A stretch of DNA of 64,000 bases from Longimicrobiales bacterium (GCA_965226375.1 CBDDCX010000008.1:1344001-1408000), one strand, 5' to 3'; counted from the stretch's first letter, positions 1-9,815 are shown. Program-made: numbers and translations. Notes: generated by a model not told the origin, from the sequence alone.

Positions 1-46
1 GCATGGCGATGACGGCCAGGACCGAGAGCAATCGCGATATCCTCAT
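1..46 (-). CDS. 5' fragment of a probable secreted protein (runs off the window edge)
   Basis: ATG at 44-46 overlaps the TGA of the upstream TPR gene (ATGA); translates MRISRLLSVLAVIAM, which looks like a signal peptide. Confidence 0.5.
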   Translation of the reverse strand, partial: MRISRLLSVLAVIAM

Positions 47-1824
47 GGACCTCTTCCGTCCCTCAACCTCTGGAGTTCCCGGCGGGCCATCGGTACGACC
101 GCGTTTTCGGGCGAACTCAGAATCAATTCCTCGAGTAGTCGGACCGCTTCTTCCACCCTGTCCGACGTGGCGCCCCGGAATCGGGCCAGCTCGAGCGTGG
201 CCTCAGGGGTCTCGGCCGCATCCGGATGATCCCGCACGATGCGAGCCCTGAACTCGGCTGCCTCGGCGACCAGCTCACCCCCGTCGGCGATCCGGGCACC
301 GTGCGCCAGCACCGCCGGTTGGTCGGCCCTCGGAAGGCCACCGACGGCGGCCCCCACTTCGCCGACCGCGGCAGCGACACGACCCCGGTGGGCCAGTACC
401 GCACTACGCATGACGACCACCAACGTCGCCCCCTGCTTCTCGTCCAGGAGCCCCAACAGCGAGATCACGTCGGTCGCGCCGGTAGGCGAGAGTCCGGGAA
501 GCGCCTCGCGGAGGTTCATGCGACCCGGCACCACCTCTCCGGACGCCAGGTACAGATACCCCCTCTCCAGCAAGCTTTTCGGACCGTCGACTCCGGCCAA
601 CAGAGATCGAGCCCCCATGCCGTCGCCCTCATCTTCGAGCCTCATGGCCAGGGTCACCGCCAACTCGTCGATCTCGCTAGCCCCGGGGAACTCGCTTCGG
701 AAGCGGTCCAGGCGCTCCCGAGCGTCCGGCTCCCCTCTCGAAATGCGAATTCGAAGGATCTCGGCCAATGCGCGTCGACGTTCTCCACTTCCGGCCGAGA
801 GACCCACCGCGATCGATTCTTGTGCTTCGAGGGCCGTCGCGGTGTCGCCGGCGGCCAGAGCCGCGTCGGTGATGCGATGATCCAGTGCGCGCGCCTCGTT
901 TGCGTCGGACGCTTTTTCCTGCAACGCCTCGTACGCCCAGAGCGAGATGGTCGCCGCCCCGTCTACTTCCTCGGCCTGACGGGCCAACGCCGTCAGGAAG
1001 CCGCGGCGAGCCTGTCCTTCGAGCTCCTGGGCCACCTGGCCGGCCAACTCAAGGGCTTCGTCCACGAGCCCCGCCTCCACCGCGATCCTGGCACCGGCCC
1101 GCTGACGAGCGACCGTGGTCGGCGAACGAGATAGCTCCTCTACCAGAGGCCGGACCAACTCCGCTCGATCCTCCTCGATTTCGGTGACTCTGCGCATGAC
1201 CGGCGATACCTGTGCTCCGTCGTCCCCGATGATCCGAGCCCACTGGAGGACGGCTTCCTCTATCCTACCAAGATCCCGAAGGAGATCTCCTATTTCCATG
1301 GCGAAAAGGGACGGTTGGGCGAGGGCGTCGCGCCCATCCTCCAACACGGAGAGCGCGCGTTCAGGTCCGAAGACACGCTGGAAGACGCGGCTGACTTCCC
1401 GATAGGGCTCCGGCGATGTTCCAGACTGCTCCACCCACTCCTCGGCGGTCTGGACCAGTTGGTCCCTCTTATCCAATTCCGTGAAAACTCGGAGCAACAG
1501 GATCCTGGGGGCAGCCGCGTCAGGCTCCCGGTCCCGGTATCGAAGGGTGACGGGGAGGATCTCTTCGATGCGCCCCTGAGAGCGCAACACCCGCTCCAGC
1601 GCGAACAGGCCCCCGGTGGAGGTAGGCCTCTGCCCCATCAGGTCCTTCAGGATATGCTCAGCCTCACCGAGGTTGCCCTGTGACTCCTGGCTCGCCGAGG
1701 AACGCAGCAGCCGACCCTCCAACAGTGGATCTTCGGTCTGCGACAGCGCGACCGCGGGACCAAAGGCGGTCAGCGACAGGAGCACGGCGATAGATCGCAA
1801 CCCGATGCGCCCCGGCAGGTTCAC
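43..1824 (-). CDS. Secreted tetratricopeptide-repeat-like protein
   Basis: 593-aa ORF; N-terminal signal peptide; Ala/Leu/Glu/Arg-rich helical repeats; C-terminal TPR-like segment (IVRDHPDAAETPEATLELA...LEELILSSPENAVVPMARREL); GTGA overlap with upstream gene. Confidence 0.7.
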   Translation of the reverse strand: MNLPGRIGLRSIAVLLSLTAFGPAVALSQTEDPLLEGRLLRSSASQESQGNLGEAEHILKDLMGQRPTSTGGLFALERVLRSQGRIEEILPVTLRYRDREPDAAAPRILLLRVFTELDKRDQLVQTAEEWVEQSGTSPEPYREVSRVFQRVFGPERALSVLEDGRDALAQPSLFAMEIGDLLRDLGRIEEAVLQWARIIGDDGAQVSPVMRRVTEIEEDRAELVRPLVEELSRSPTTVARQRAGARIAVEAGLVDEALELAGQVAQELEGQARRGFLTALARQAEEVDGAATISLWAYEALQEKASDANEARALDHRITDAALAAGDTATALEAQESIAVGLSAGSGERRRALAEILRIRISRGEPDARERLDRFRSEFPGASEIDELAVTLAMRLEDEGDGMGARSLLAGVDGPKSLLERGYLYLASGEVVPGRMNLREALPGLSPTGATDVISLLGLLDEKQGATLVVVMRSAVLAHRGRVAAAVGEVGAAVGGLPRADQPAVLAHGARIADGGELVAEAAEFRARIVRDHPDAAETPEATLELARFRGATSDRVEEAVRLLEELILSSPENAVVPMARRELQRLRDGRGP

Positions 1825-4800
1825 GGGGTCCCTCCCGGAGAGCGACGCTCTGCCTTGTTCAGGCGCTCGAAATAGTCCAGCACCATCTGCCGCTGAGCGG
1901 GAGAGAGCCGGCTCAGCGTTTCGGCCGGTGGAAGCTGGAAACGGAGCGCGCCCAGGTCGTCGGCCGAAAGAGCGCCGACGTCACCTCTCTCGAACTCGCC
2001 TGGCGCCGTCGACTCACGCTCCTCAGAGAATTCGTCCTTCTCCAGACTGCGACCGGCGTCCAGCATACGGTGGAACAGCTGCTCCTGGCGCTGGAGGGTC
2101 TCCGCATCGAGTCGGTTGCCGGCCAGACGGTCGGCCAGCTCCATGGCCTCCAGGGCCATGGCCTCCAGATCGCCGAGGGCCTCGTCCTGGGCCCCAGGTT
2201 TCTGTGCGAGATCCTGCAACTCCTCTGCCACGTCCTCCTGTCGCTCCGCCGCGTCCTGGAGTTGCTGGGCCATGGCCTGCTCACCGAGCTGCATGGGGGT
2301 CAGCTGACCCGTCTGGCTGTTGATGGATCCCTGTTGCTGAGCCAGCTGCTCCATCTGTTCCATCATTTGCTGAGCCGACTGCGACTGTCCCATCTGGCCG
2401 GCCTGCTGCGCCGCTGCCATGGCGGCGAGTGCGACCTGATTCAGGGCCCCGACAGCCTGCTCGGCCGCGTTGCGGGGCGATGGTGTGCGCCCGCGCTGAT
2501 CCTCGAGCGCCGCCAGGGTCTGCTCCATGGCCTCCATGGCCTGTCCGATCTGACCGGCGACGTCGCGATCTTCACCCTGACTCATGCGGTCCTGAGAAGA
2601 CAGGTTGTCCGCCATGTTGCGGACCCCCTGGAGGAGCGCGGCCTGGTCACCCCGCATCTTGGCCAGCTCTTCCCGGCCGGCACCCTGCATCTGGTCACGC
2701 AGGCTCGACTGCTCCCGGGCCATGGTCAGGGCGTCCGTGGCGGTCTCTTGCATCGCCTCCTGCATGGCCTGCATCATCTGCTCAGCCATCTCCTGCTGAG
2801 CCTGCTGAAGCTGCCGGGACATCTGATCCATGGACTCGGCCGCTTCTTGTGCGGACTGGGCCGCCTCTTGCGTTTGGCCCATACGAGACTGCTCCTGAGC
2901 CTCGGACATGGACTGCTGGGCCTGTTCGCCTTGCTTGGCGGCCTCCTCGACCGCGTCCCGAGCCGCATCTTCACCCGCTTCTTCGAGGCGCTCTTGGAGT
3001 CTGTCCAGGCGGTCCTGAAGATCCTCGGCCCGCTCCTCGAGCGCCTCTTGTTGATCTCCGCGTAGTTCCGGATCGTCCCCCTCGGCCATGGCATCCGCCA
3101 GGGCCTCTTCCTGTTGGGCCAATTCTTCGGCCTCGGCTGCCGTGGCTCTGAAGTCCTGCTCCAGGGCAGCGCGCTTGAACGCCTCGATGGCCTGTTCCAG
3201 CCGGTCACGGAGGGCTTCTTGGTCGGCCGCGAGCTCCTCGAGCGTCCGCTCCGCCTCGCTGGCGGTCATATCCTCGACCCGCTCAGACAGCTCCTGGAGC
3301 CGCTTCTGCATGTCTTCGGGAGCCAGCTCGTCCATCAGACGTTGCAGTTCCTGAAGCTGTCTCTGCAACTCCGGATCACCCAACCCCGCAGCCTCCATGT
3401 CTCGATCCAGCTCACCCAGCTCCATCTCCAGAGAGTCGATAGCGTTGAGCAGTGCTTCCTGGTCCTCCAGGGCCCCTCGGATGTCCTCTTGCTCCTGGAA
3501 CTCCATGCGCTCCCGAGCCTCTTCGAGCGTGCTCAGGGGGCCGCGCTCGGGCTCCGGCGGATTTTCGAGCTGGCGCTCCAGGTCCCGGGCCTCTTGAGCC
3601 TGCTCGTCCGCCCGTTCGGCGAGTTCTTCGACTCCCCTGGTCGCATCGTCCAGACGCTCCTGGGCTTCGCGTCTGAGGTCCGCCGGTGTGGGCGGCCGAA
3701 GAACATATTCGGGGGTCTCACTCACGTTGGGCGACGGGGCGTTGTCCACAGCGCGGACGAAGTAGCGTACGGTGTCGCCCGGAAGAAGCTCCCACTGGGA
3801 CAAATCCATGACTGGACGCATGAGCGTACCTCTGCTGCCACCCACCTGCATCGGGCTCACCACCGGCTCCAGGCGGTCGCCAAAGGCCGTGACCCGGTAT
3901 ACCACCAGTTCCAGGCGGTCGAGGCCGTAGTCATCCGACGCCTCGATCACCAACGGCTGGCGAAGGGACACGGACAACAGCGTGTCCTTACCCGGCAACA
4001 GAACCGCCACGTCGGGCGCCGAGTCAGGGACGATCATGAGCTGCAAAGGAGGAGGCGCTACTTCAGCCGGGTCTCCCTCTGTGTCGGTAAAGTGCCACGC
4101 ATAGACCCCGCTGGCCCGCGGTCGCCAGTTCCCCTCGAAGTCCTGACCCGACACGGCCAAGCGGACCTCCTCCTCGCCCTCGGGCCCGTCGAGTCCGGCA
4201 GAGGTGAGGGGTCGACTCGCACGGCCCTGGATGGCGAAGCGGGTTCCGGCCGGGATGTCGAGCGGCGGTATGTCGGCCCCGTACTCCTCCGAGAATCGGC
4301 CGGTGTGAGGGGGAAACGTGAGCGACACGGTCACATCACTCACCAGCAGGGGGTCGATCGGCTGAAGCTCGTAGCTCGGTGAGCGTGCTCCGTCGGGCGC
4401 TACGACCCAGTACTCGGTCCGGGCGGAAACCGTCCGAAGCACTAGTCCCGCCTGATCGCCGACGACGTCGAGCCGCTCCTGGACGGCCACGTCACCCGCC
4501 GCCTGCCAATGGACCGTAACCGACTGGCGCCCCGGCGCCGTCACGGTGAGCGGCACGTCTGAACCGCGAAGCACTTCTGCGGACCCCGGCTTGACCTCGA
4601 GCGGCGGAAGAGTGGGACCGGCAAGAAGGCCGAACGGCCGCGCGAGCCCCGACCAGGCAGCGAACGACCGCGTGGGAGACGCCACCGTCAACAGCATCAC
4701 CGCAGGGACCAGCAGAACCAGCCCCCACGTGCCACGGCGGATCCACCCCGTGGCTTCTCCAGCCAACCGTCCGGCAAGACGAGGTCTGGGACCCCTCAGA

Positions 4801-5198
4801 TCGGTCAGCGCCTCTTCTGCGGCGTGGACCGCGAGAACGGACGAAACGCCCGAAGGAATGGCCCTGGCCAGCTCCAGTGACCCCTGGAGCACCCCGGGAG
4901 CGAGGCCGGCGCTCTCTTCCATACTCGCGGTCAGATTCGGCTCCCGAAGCCAGAGCGTCCTGGCCTTGCGATACGCCAGCCAGGCGAGAAGCCCCAGCGA
5001 AACCATGGTCAGATCGATCGCCAGAGGCATGACGGTGCCTTGGCGCCAACCGTCGGGATCGGCCACCAGCCAGGCCAGGATCAGACCCCCGGTCACACCC
5101 GCGCCCAGCCACAAGCCGAGGGCAAGACGCGCTCGCTTCAAGAGATGCTCGCGCACATCTCCCACGACACGAACGATACGTACGGGAGCCGGACTCAC
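1821..5198 (-). CDS. Large membrane-anchored coiled-coil protein (DUF4175-like)
   Basis: 1125 aa; about 3 N-terminal TM segments, beta-rich middle (ASDDYGL, PGDTVRYFVRAVDN), long Q/E/M-rich coiled coil, C-terminal V..YF..L motif. Confidence 0.7.
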   Translation of the reverse strand: MSPAPVRIVRVVGDVREHLLKRARLALGLWLGAGVTGGLILAWLVADPDGWRQGTVMPLAIDLTMVSLGLLAWLAYRKARTLWLREPNLTASMEESAGLAPGVLQGSLELARAIPSGVSSVLAVHAAEEALTDLRGPRPRLAGRLAGEATGWIRRGTWGLVLLVPAVMLLTVASPTRSFAAWSGLARPFGLLAGPTLPPLEVKPGSAEVLRGSDVPLTVTAPGRQSVTVHWQAAGDVAVQERLDVVGDQAGLVLRTVSARTEYWVVAPDGARSPSYELQPIDPLLVSDVTVSLTFPPHTGRFSEEYGADIPPLDIPAGTRFAIQGRASRPLTSAGLDGPEGEEEVRLAVSGQDFEGNWRPRASGVYAWHFTDTEGDPAEVAPPPLQLMIVPDSAPDVAVLLPGKDTLLSVSLRQPLVIEASDDYGLDRLELVVYRVTAFGDRLEPVVSPMQVGGSRGTLMRPVMDLSQWELLPGDTVRYFVRAVDNAPSPNVSETPEYVLRPPTPADLRREAQERLDDATRGVEELAERADEQAQEARDLERQLENPPEPERGPLSTLEEARERMEFQEQEDIRGALEDQEALLNAIDSLEMELGELDRDMEAAGLGDPELQRQLQELQRLMDELAPEDMQKRLQELSERVEDMTASEAERTLEELAADQEALRDRLEQAIEAFKRAALEQDFRATAAEAEELAQQEEALADAMAEGDDPELRGDQQEALEERAEDLQDRLDRLQERLEEAGEDAARDAVEEAAKQGEQAQQSMSEAQEQSRMGQTQEAAQSAQEAAESMDQMSRQLQQAQQEMAEQMMQAMQEAMQETATDALTMAREQSSLRDQMQGAGREELAKMRGDQAALLQGVRNMADNLSSQDRMSQGEDRDVAGQIGQAMEAMEQTLAALEDQRGRTPSPRNAAEQAVGALNQVALAAMAAAQQAGQMGQSQSAQQMMEQMEQLAQQQGSINSQTGQLTPMQLGEQAMAQQLQDAAERQEDVAEELQDLAQKPGAQDEALGDLEAMALEAMELADRLAGNRLDAETLQRQEQLFHRMLDAGRSLEKDEFSEERESTAPGEFERGDVGALSADDLGALRFQLPPAETLSRLSPAQRQMVLDYFERLNKAERRSPGGTP

Positions 5199-5860
5199 GG
5201 CACCATCTGGCTGAGGACGTAGAGATAGAGATTCACGCCCATGCGGATTGAGGCTTCACGGACGTCCTGTGCGTCTTCGTGAACATCAGGATCTTCCCAG
5301 CCATCTCCCAGATCGGACTCGTAGCTGTAAAAGACGATCAGCCTTCCTCCATGGAAGATACCGAAGGCCTGTGGCGGCTTCCCGTCGTGCTCGTGGATCT
5401 TCGGCAAGCCCTCCGGAAAGTCGTACATGACCTCGAAGACAGGGTGCCCCGCTGGAATCTCGGACAGCTCGTACTCCGGGAAGATCTCGCCGATCTCCCT
5501 GCGGAACGACTCGTCCATGCCATAGTTGTCGTCGGCGTGGAGGAATCCTCCTGACAAGAGATACTCCCGAAGAGCCACTCGTTCTTCGGCAGAAAAACGC
5601 ACGTTGCCGTGGCCCGTCATGTAGAGGTAGGGGAAGTCCTTGAGCGACGGATCAAGCGGCCGTACGGTCTCCGGCCGGCCCGCGACAGGAAGGCCGGTGC
5701 GCTCGCGGATGGCCGCGAGGAGGTTGGGTAGCGACGAAGGGTTGGCATACCAGTCCCCGCCCCCTTCGTACTGCAGTCGCGCTATGGACAGGACGGAGTC
5801 GGGCGCTACGCCCGGACCCGCAGCGGCCAGCACGCCTACCAGCAGAGCGATACTGACCAC
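5195..5860 (-). CDS. DUF4159 domain protein
   Basis: Signal peptide; motifs IARLQYEGGGDWY, PYLYMTGHG, GGFLHADDNYG, DLGDGWED, MGVN; GGAGG RBS before GTG. Confidence 0.85.
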   Translation of the reverse strand: MVSIALLVGVLAAAGPGVAPDSVLSIARLQYEGGGDWYANPSSLPNLLAAIRERTGLPVAGRPETVRPLDPSLKDFPYLYMTGHGNVRFSAEERVALREYLLSGGFLHADDNYGMDESFRREIGEIFPEYELSEIPAGHPVFEVMYDFPEGLPKIHEHDGKPPQAFGIFHGGRLIVFYSYESDLGDGWEDPDVHEDAQDVREASIRMGVNLYLYVLSQMVP

Positions 5861-5891
5861 GAGCCTCCCAATCCGTTTTGCACCGCTCCGC

Positions 5892-6761
5892 TCAACTCGA
5901 TTCCTCTCCGCTTGCTTGATCGCCGCCGCCCGAAAGTGAATGGACGATCTCGTACGCCAGATTCTTCGCGATTTTTAATCGAACCGACACCTCGCGCGCC
6001 GCCCGGCTCTGCGTCAGGCCCTCAGCCAGAAGCGCTTCCGCCAAGGCTCGTGCAGCGGCGGCGTCGACCCGCTGTTCGGTTTCTTCTTCCGCCTTTGGCG
6101 ACACGACCACCGTGATCTCTCCCCGGGGTGGTCGCTCGCCGTAATATCGGGCGGCATCTCCCATTGTTCCCCGGAAAAACTCCTCATGAATCTTGGTCAT
6201 CTCCCTGGCCACGACAACCTGGCGTTCCTCCCCCGCCAGCCCCACGAGGTCGCTCAGGAGGGCCCCGAGACGCCGGGGCGCCTCAAACACGACCGAAGTC
6301 TCCCCTGCCCCCACGATCCGTTCCAGAATCTCTCGTCTCGGCCCCTTCTTCCGCGGGAGGAAGCCATGAAAGGTGAAGGGCACGGTCGGGAACCCGGCGC
6401 CGACCAGCGCGGTGAGAACCGCTGAGGGCCCCGGAACAGGCACGACGTCATGCCCCGCTTCGACGACCGTGAGCACGAGGCGCTCTCCGGGATCCGAGAG
6501 CAGAGGCGTCCCGGCATCGGACACCAGCGCGAGTCGCTGACCGGAATCCAGGCGGTCAACGATGCTCCCTATCCGCGAGGCCTCGTTGTGTTCATGCAGT
6601 GATGTGAGCGGGGCGCGAAGCTCGAAATGATCCATCAGCACCTTGGTGCGTCGGGTGTCCTCCGCCAGCACTCCGTCGACTGAACCCAAAAGCTCGATGG
6701 CCCTTCCGGACGTATCCGAGAGATTGCCGATGGGCGTAGCGACGATGTAGAGGGTACTCAT
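5892..6761 (-). CDS. rsmI: 16S rRNA (cytidine1402-2'-O)-methyltransferase
   Basis: LYIVATPIGNL, AEDTR, LVSDAGTP..SDPG, REMTKIHEE motifs; start moved to ATG at 6761. Confidence 0.95.
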   Translation of the reverse strand: MSTLYIVATPIGNLSDTSGRAIELLGSVDGVLAEDTRRTKVLMDHFELRAPLTSLHEHNEASRIGSIVDRLDSGQRLALVSDAGTPLLSDPGERLVLTVVEAGHDVVPVPGPSAVLTALVGAGFPTVPFTFHGFLPRKKGPRREILERIVGAGETSVVFEAPRRLGALLSDLVGLAGEERQVVVAREMTKIHEEFFRGTMGDAARYYGERPPRGEITVVVSPKAEEETEQRVDAAAARALAEALLAEGLTQSRAAREVSVRLKIAKNLAYEIVHSLSGGGDQASGEESS

Positions 6762-6768
6762 GGCAAGC

Positions 6769-6777
6769 AGTATAGCA
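6769..6777 (-). promoter_or_regulatory. Extended -10 (TG-C-TATACT) 7 nt upstream of the rsmI ATG; candidate leaderless promoter
   Basis: Minus strand reads gTGcTATACTgcttgccATG with no SD sequence. Confidence 0.55.
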
Positions 6778-6813
6778 CGCGGGGGCCTCGGAGGATTCAC
6801 CCGTGAACCGACA

Positions 6814-6843
6814 ACGGCCCGGGAGCTTTCTCTCCCGGGCCGT
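6814..6843 (-). terminator. Perfect 12-bp inverted repeat downstream of trxA (terminator or stabiliser hairpin)
   Basis: acggcccgggag-ctttct-ctcccgggccgt; U-tract is weak. Confidence 0.55.
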
Positions 6844-6921
6844 CCGTCCAAGTCGAGTCCTGGACCCTGGGTCTTGGGTTACCTCGGTGACAAGCCGTCA
6901 CCGCGGTAGAGCACCAGGAGG

Positions 6922-7257
6922 TTACATATGCTCTTGGACCTTGGCCTCCAGGGTGGGGCGAGGGACCGCACCCACCACCGTGTCGATGTGCTCTCCGTCC
7001 TTGAAAAACAGGATGCTCGGAATCGAGCGCACGGCAAAGCGAACGGTCACCTGTGGGTTCGCGTCCACGTCGAGTTTTCCCACCTTCAGCCCTTCGTCGC
7101 CGTACTCCTCGGCCAACTCTTCGACGATGGGAGCCACCATTCGGCATGGACCGCACCATGCGGCCCAGAAATCCACCATTGTGAGACCGCTGCCCTCTTC
7201 GATGGTCTCAGCAAAGTTCTGGTCCGTGATTTCTACGATCTTCCCGTTATCACTCAT
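6922..7257 (-). CDS. trxA: Thioredoxin
   Basis: VDFWAAWCGPC, VRSIP; AGGAGA RBS before ATG at 7257. Confidence 0.95.
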   Translation of the reverse strand: MSDNGKIVEITDQNFAETIEEGSGLTMVDFWAAWCGPCRMVAPIVEELAEEYGDEGLKVGKLDVDANPQVTVRFAVRSIPSILFFKDGEHIDTVVGAVPRPTLEAKVQEHM

Positions 7258-7332
7258 CAGGTCGTCTCCTTGTACCTTCATCAGACCGGTCATACGATCC
7301 GGTCCAGGCTCATATACTCAATCTAATCAATC

Positions 7333-7728
7333 ATGAACGGCTATCCGCTCGATCACGTCGCTATCGCAGTCCGATCAATTCGAGAATCAGCGGCGACCTT
7401 CGAACCCGTTACCGGGTGTGCTTGTTCCACCCTCGAAGAGCTGCCGTCACAGGACGTCAACGTCGCCTTCATGGGGGCCCTGGAACTCATCGAGCCCCGG
7501 TCCTCCGACAGTGGTGTGGCCCGCTTCATCGAGCGCCAAGGTCCCGGACTCCACCACATCGCGTATCGGGTGCCCGACATCCGAACAGCCCTCACACAGC
7601 TAAAGACACGAGGGTTCCAGCTCATAGACGAAGAGCCGCGGCCGGGAGCGCGCGGGCACCAGGTCGCCTTCCTTCATCCTGAGACAACGGGGGGCGTGCT
7701 GATTGAACTGGTCCAGGAGACGCGGTAG
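7333..7728 (+). CDS. mce: Methylmalonyl-CoA epimerase (VOC family)
   Basis: DHVAIAV, LELIEP, GPGLHHIAY, FLHP..TGGVLIELVQ. Confidence 0.85.
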   Translation: MNGYPLDHVAIAVRSIRESAATFEPVTGCACSTLEELPSQDVNVAFMGALELIEPRSSDSGVARFIERQGPGLHHIAYRVPDIRTALTQLKTRGFQLIDEEPRPGARGHQVAFLHPETTGGVLIELVQETR

Positions 7729-7762
7729 CGGGCCGCGTCGCGGCTACCACAGCGTCAGGTCC

Positions 7763-8260
7763 CTAAGACCCTGTGACTTTTTCTAGCTCAATGATATTGA
7801 CCAGCCACTGGTCGCCCGACGCAAGCACCACCGTGAAGCCCACGTCCCGCACGTTTCGCCCTCCGGCAAACGTCAGGTCCACGCCGACTCGGGTCGTCTG
7901 GGCCACCGTCCCCGCAACCATGCGCTCGGACGCGATCTGGTAGTCCTCGTGTCGAAGGATGCCCGCAATGGCGTCCATACGCAGCTCGACCTCGGTCCAT
8001 TTCGCGCACGATTGTCCGCCGAACACGGTGCCGATTTTCTTCCAGAAGCATCCGAAGGAGCCCCCGGTATCCTCCATCGGACCGTCGCTGGTCCCGAACA
8101 GACGAGCCATCATGCGCAGGTCTCGCATATTGGAAGCCTAAAGGAACCTCTCGACGGAGAGGGAGGGTGCCACAGCGATGATCGGATTACTGGTCACCGA
8201 TCTGGTTGTACAGCCCCACACAACCGTGAGCAGAAGCAGGGCTATCGCGGTACGCTTCAC
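7763..8260 (-). pseudogene. Putative lipoprotein (possibly NTF2-like fold) interrupted by an in-frame TAG at codon 41
   Basis: GTG at 8260 with GGAG RBS; MKRTAIALLLLTVVWGC lipobox; reads ...SVERFL*ASNMRDL, in frame with track ORF 7763..8128; TAG at 8138-8140. Confidence 0.65.
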
Positions 8261-8314
8261 TAGGGACTCCGTTTCCGTAGAGCCCGGTGTCGGGCCGGGA
8301 CGGCGCCGGTCACT

Positions 8315-8342
8315 ATTCTACCGGGCGAGTCAAGACCGTCAA
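8315..8342 (-). promoter_or_regulatory. Sigma70-type promoter for the lipoprotein gene
   Basis: TTGACG-N16-TAGAAT on minus strand. Confidence 0.6.
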
Positions 8343-8366
8343 GCGGTCGGCTTTCAGCCGAAAATG

Positions 8367-9815
8367 TCAGGGCAACCGCCCGCCCGTGACCCGCTTCACG
8401 AGAGTGCCGGCGTCCAGGACTTCATCCACGGTGCGCCGATTGAGGTTAGCCAACTTCTGAAGATCGACGGAAGACGGATAGGCTTCTGCGAACTCCCCGA
8501 AAGTCATCCGCGCTGGAAGTCGCACGATCTCCAGACGAGCGGGCTCGATTCCCAGCACGTCGGCATCGCGCTCCGGCCGGAAGCTCCTCCCTGTGTTCAC
8601 CACGTCGCTCTCGTAATCGGGCCAGCGGGCTGCACTCGCGTAGCCGAGAATCTGGACAATGGTGCCGCCGTGATCGACAAAGAGCACCCTTCCGCGATAG
8701 GTCCCGTCGGCGGTTCGTGCCTCGAACAAAGCCTCACTCGCCTCGAGACCATTGACGGGACTGCGCCGCACATCGCCCCCGTAAATGTCGTCCTGGCGCA
8801 GAAAGCCCGTCATGGCCGCCTCCACACCCCCCTGCTCCGCGGAAAGGTTGACAATGACGATCGCCCCTTCGTCCTCGGACACAGCCACAACCCGGGACTT
8901 CTGGTTCGCCGTCTTCCAACGCACTGGAAAATCGATGGCGAAGGCCATGTCCGGATGCCGGAACACGTAGCCCTCGAAGAAGCCTTCCCGAGGGTTCACT
9001 CCGTACATGAGTCCGTCCAGACGACGCAGGTATTCGTCCCTTCTGGACGTGTACCCCGAGTAGTCCTGCCCAGAGCTTGCCACCAACTCGAGAATCTTGG
9101 CTCCACGATTTTCAGGACTCGGGTGTGTGGACTGCCACTCCGGAAGCCTGCCTCCACCCCCGGCGGCCAACGCCAACGTCTGGAACACACCCACCAGGGC
9201 GTTGGGGTCGTACGCGGCGCGTGACATGTAGCGGACCCCGAGCTCGTCCGACTGAGACTCGTCACCGCGGCCGTAACGAAGGTTGAGGACTTGGAGTCCA
9301 GCCGAAAGCACGCCCGCGGCGGAGGCCAAGTCCGAGGACACAGCAGCCCCTACTCCCAGGCCGAACTGCTGGAGTTGCCGACGGCTGAGTTGGCTCGCGG
9401 AGTGGCGCGCCGTGACGTGCCCGATCTCGTGGCCCAGGACACCGGCCAACTCAGCCTCCGAGTTCAGGCTGGCGAGGATTCCCCGGGTAATGAAGATGAA
9501 CCCTCCGGGCAGCGCGAAGGCGTTCACGATGGGGTCGTCCAACACCCTGAAGGACCAAGGTAGTTGTGGACGCTCCGATCGTCCGGCCAGGTCCTCCCCT
9601 ATGCCGCGGACGAACGCCTGGAGTTCTTCGGAGCCATACAACCCGTACGCATCAGTGACCTGCTGGTCGGCGTCCCGGCCCATCTCGATCTCGTCACTCT
9701 CACTCACCAGCATGAACTGGCGCTCACCGATGGCCGGGTTGACCGCACAGGCCGCCACTGCTCCCAAGAAGCCGGCTAGAAGAGACCGGCGGGCTTGCTC
9801 TAGCCATCTGTTCAT
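8367..9815 (-). CDS. M48 family Zn metalloprotease lipoprotein (BepA/YfgC-like) with C-terminal extension
   Basis: Lipobox VAAC; NAFALPGG, ELAGVLGHEIGH, STHP motifs; possible LysM-like C-terminus; start ATG at 9815. Confidence 0.9.
   Translation of the reverse strand: MNRWLEQARRSLLAGFLGAVAACAVNPAIGERQFMLVSESDEIEMGRDADQQVTDAYGLYGSEELQAFVRGIGEDLAGRSERPQLPWSFRVLDDPIVNAFALPGGFIFITRGILASLNSEAELAGVLGHEIGHVTARHSASQLSRRQLQQFGLGVGAAVSSDLASAAGVLSAGLQVLNLRYGRGDESQSDELGVRYMSRAAYDPNALVGVFQTLALAAGGGGRLPEWQSTHPSPENRGAKILELVASSGQDYSGYTSRRDEYLRRLDGLMYGVNPREGFFEGYVFRHPDMAFAIDFPVRWKTANQKSRVVAVSEDEGAIVIVNLSAEQGGVEAAMTGFLRQDDIYGGDVRRSPVNGLEASEALFEARTADGTYRGRVLFVDHGGTIVQILGYASAARWPDYESDVVNTGRSFRPERDADVLGIEPARLEIVRLPARMTFGEFAEAYPSSVDLQKLANLNRRTVDEVLDAGTLVKRVTGGRLP

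Noticed and set aside
2200..3700. Repetitive-looking ctgctc/gcctcc/catggc tracts as a DNA repeat array or CRISPR
   Set aside because: They reflect Q/E/A/M-rich coiled-coil coding; there is no fixed-length repeat-spacer pattern
8138..8140. Genome-wide TAG recoding or pyrrolysine
   Set aside because: TAG terminates conserved proteins at their expected ends (guaA, rpsO, mce), and there are no pyl genes in the window
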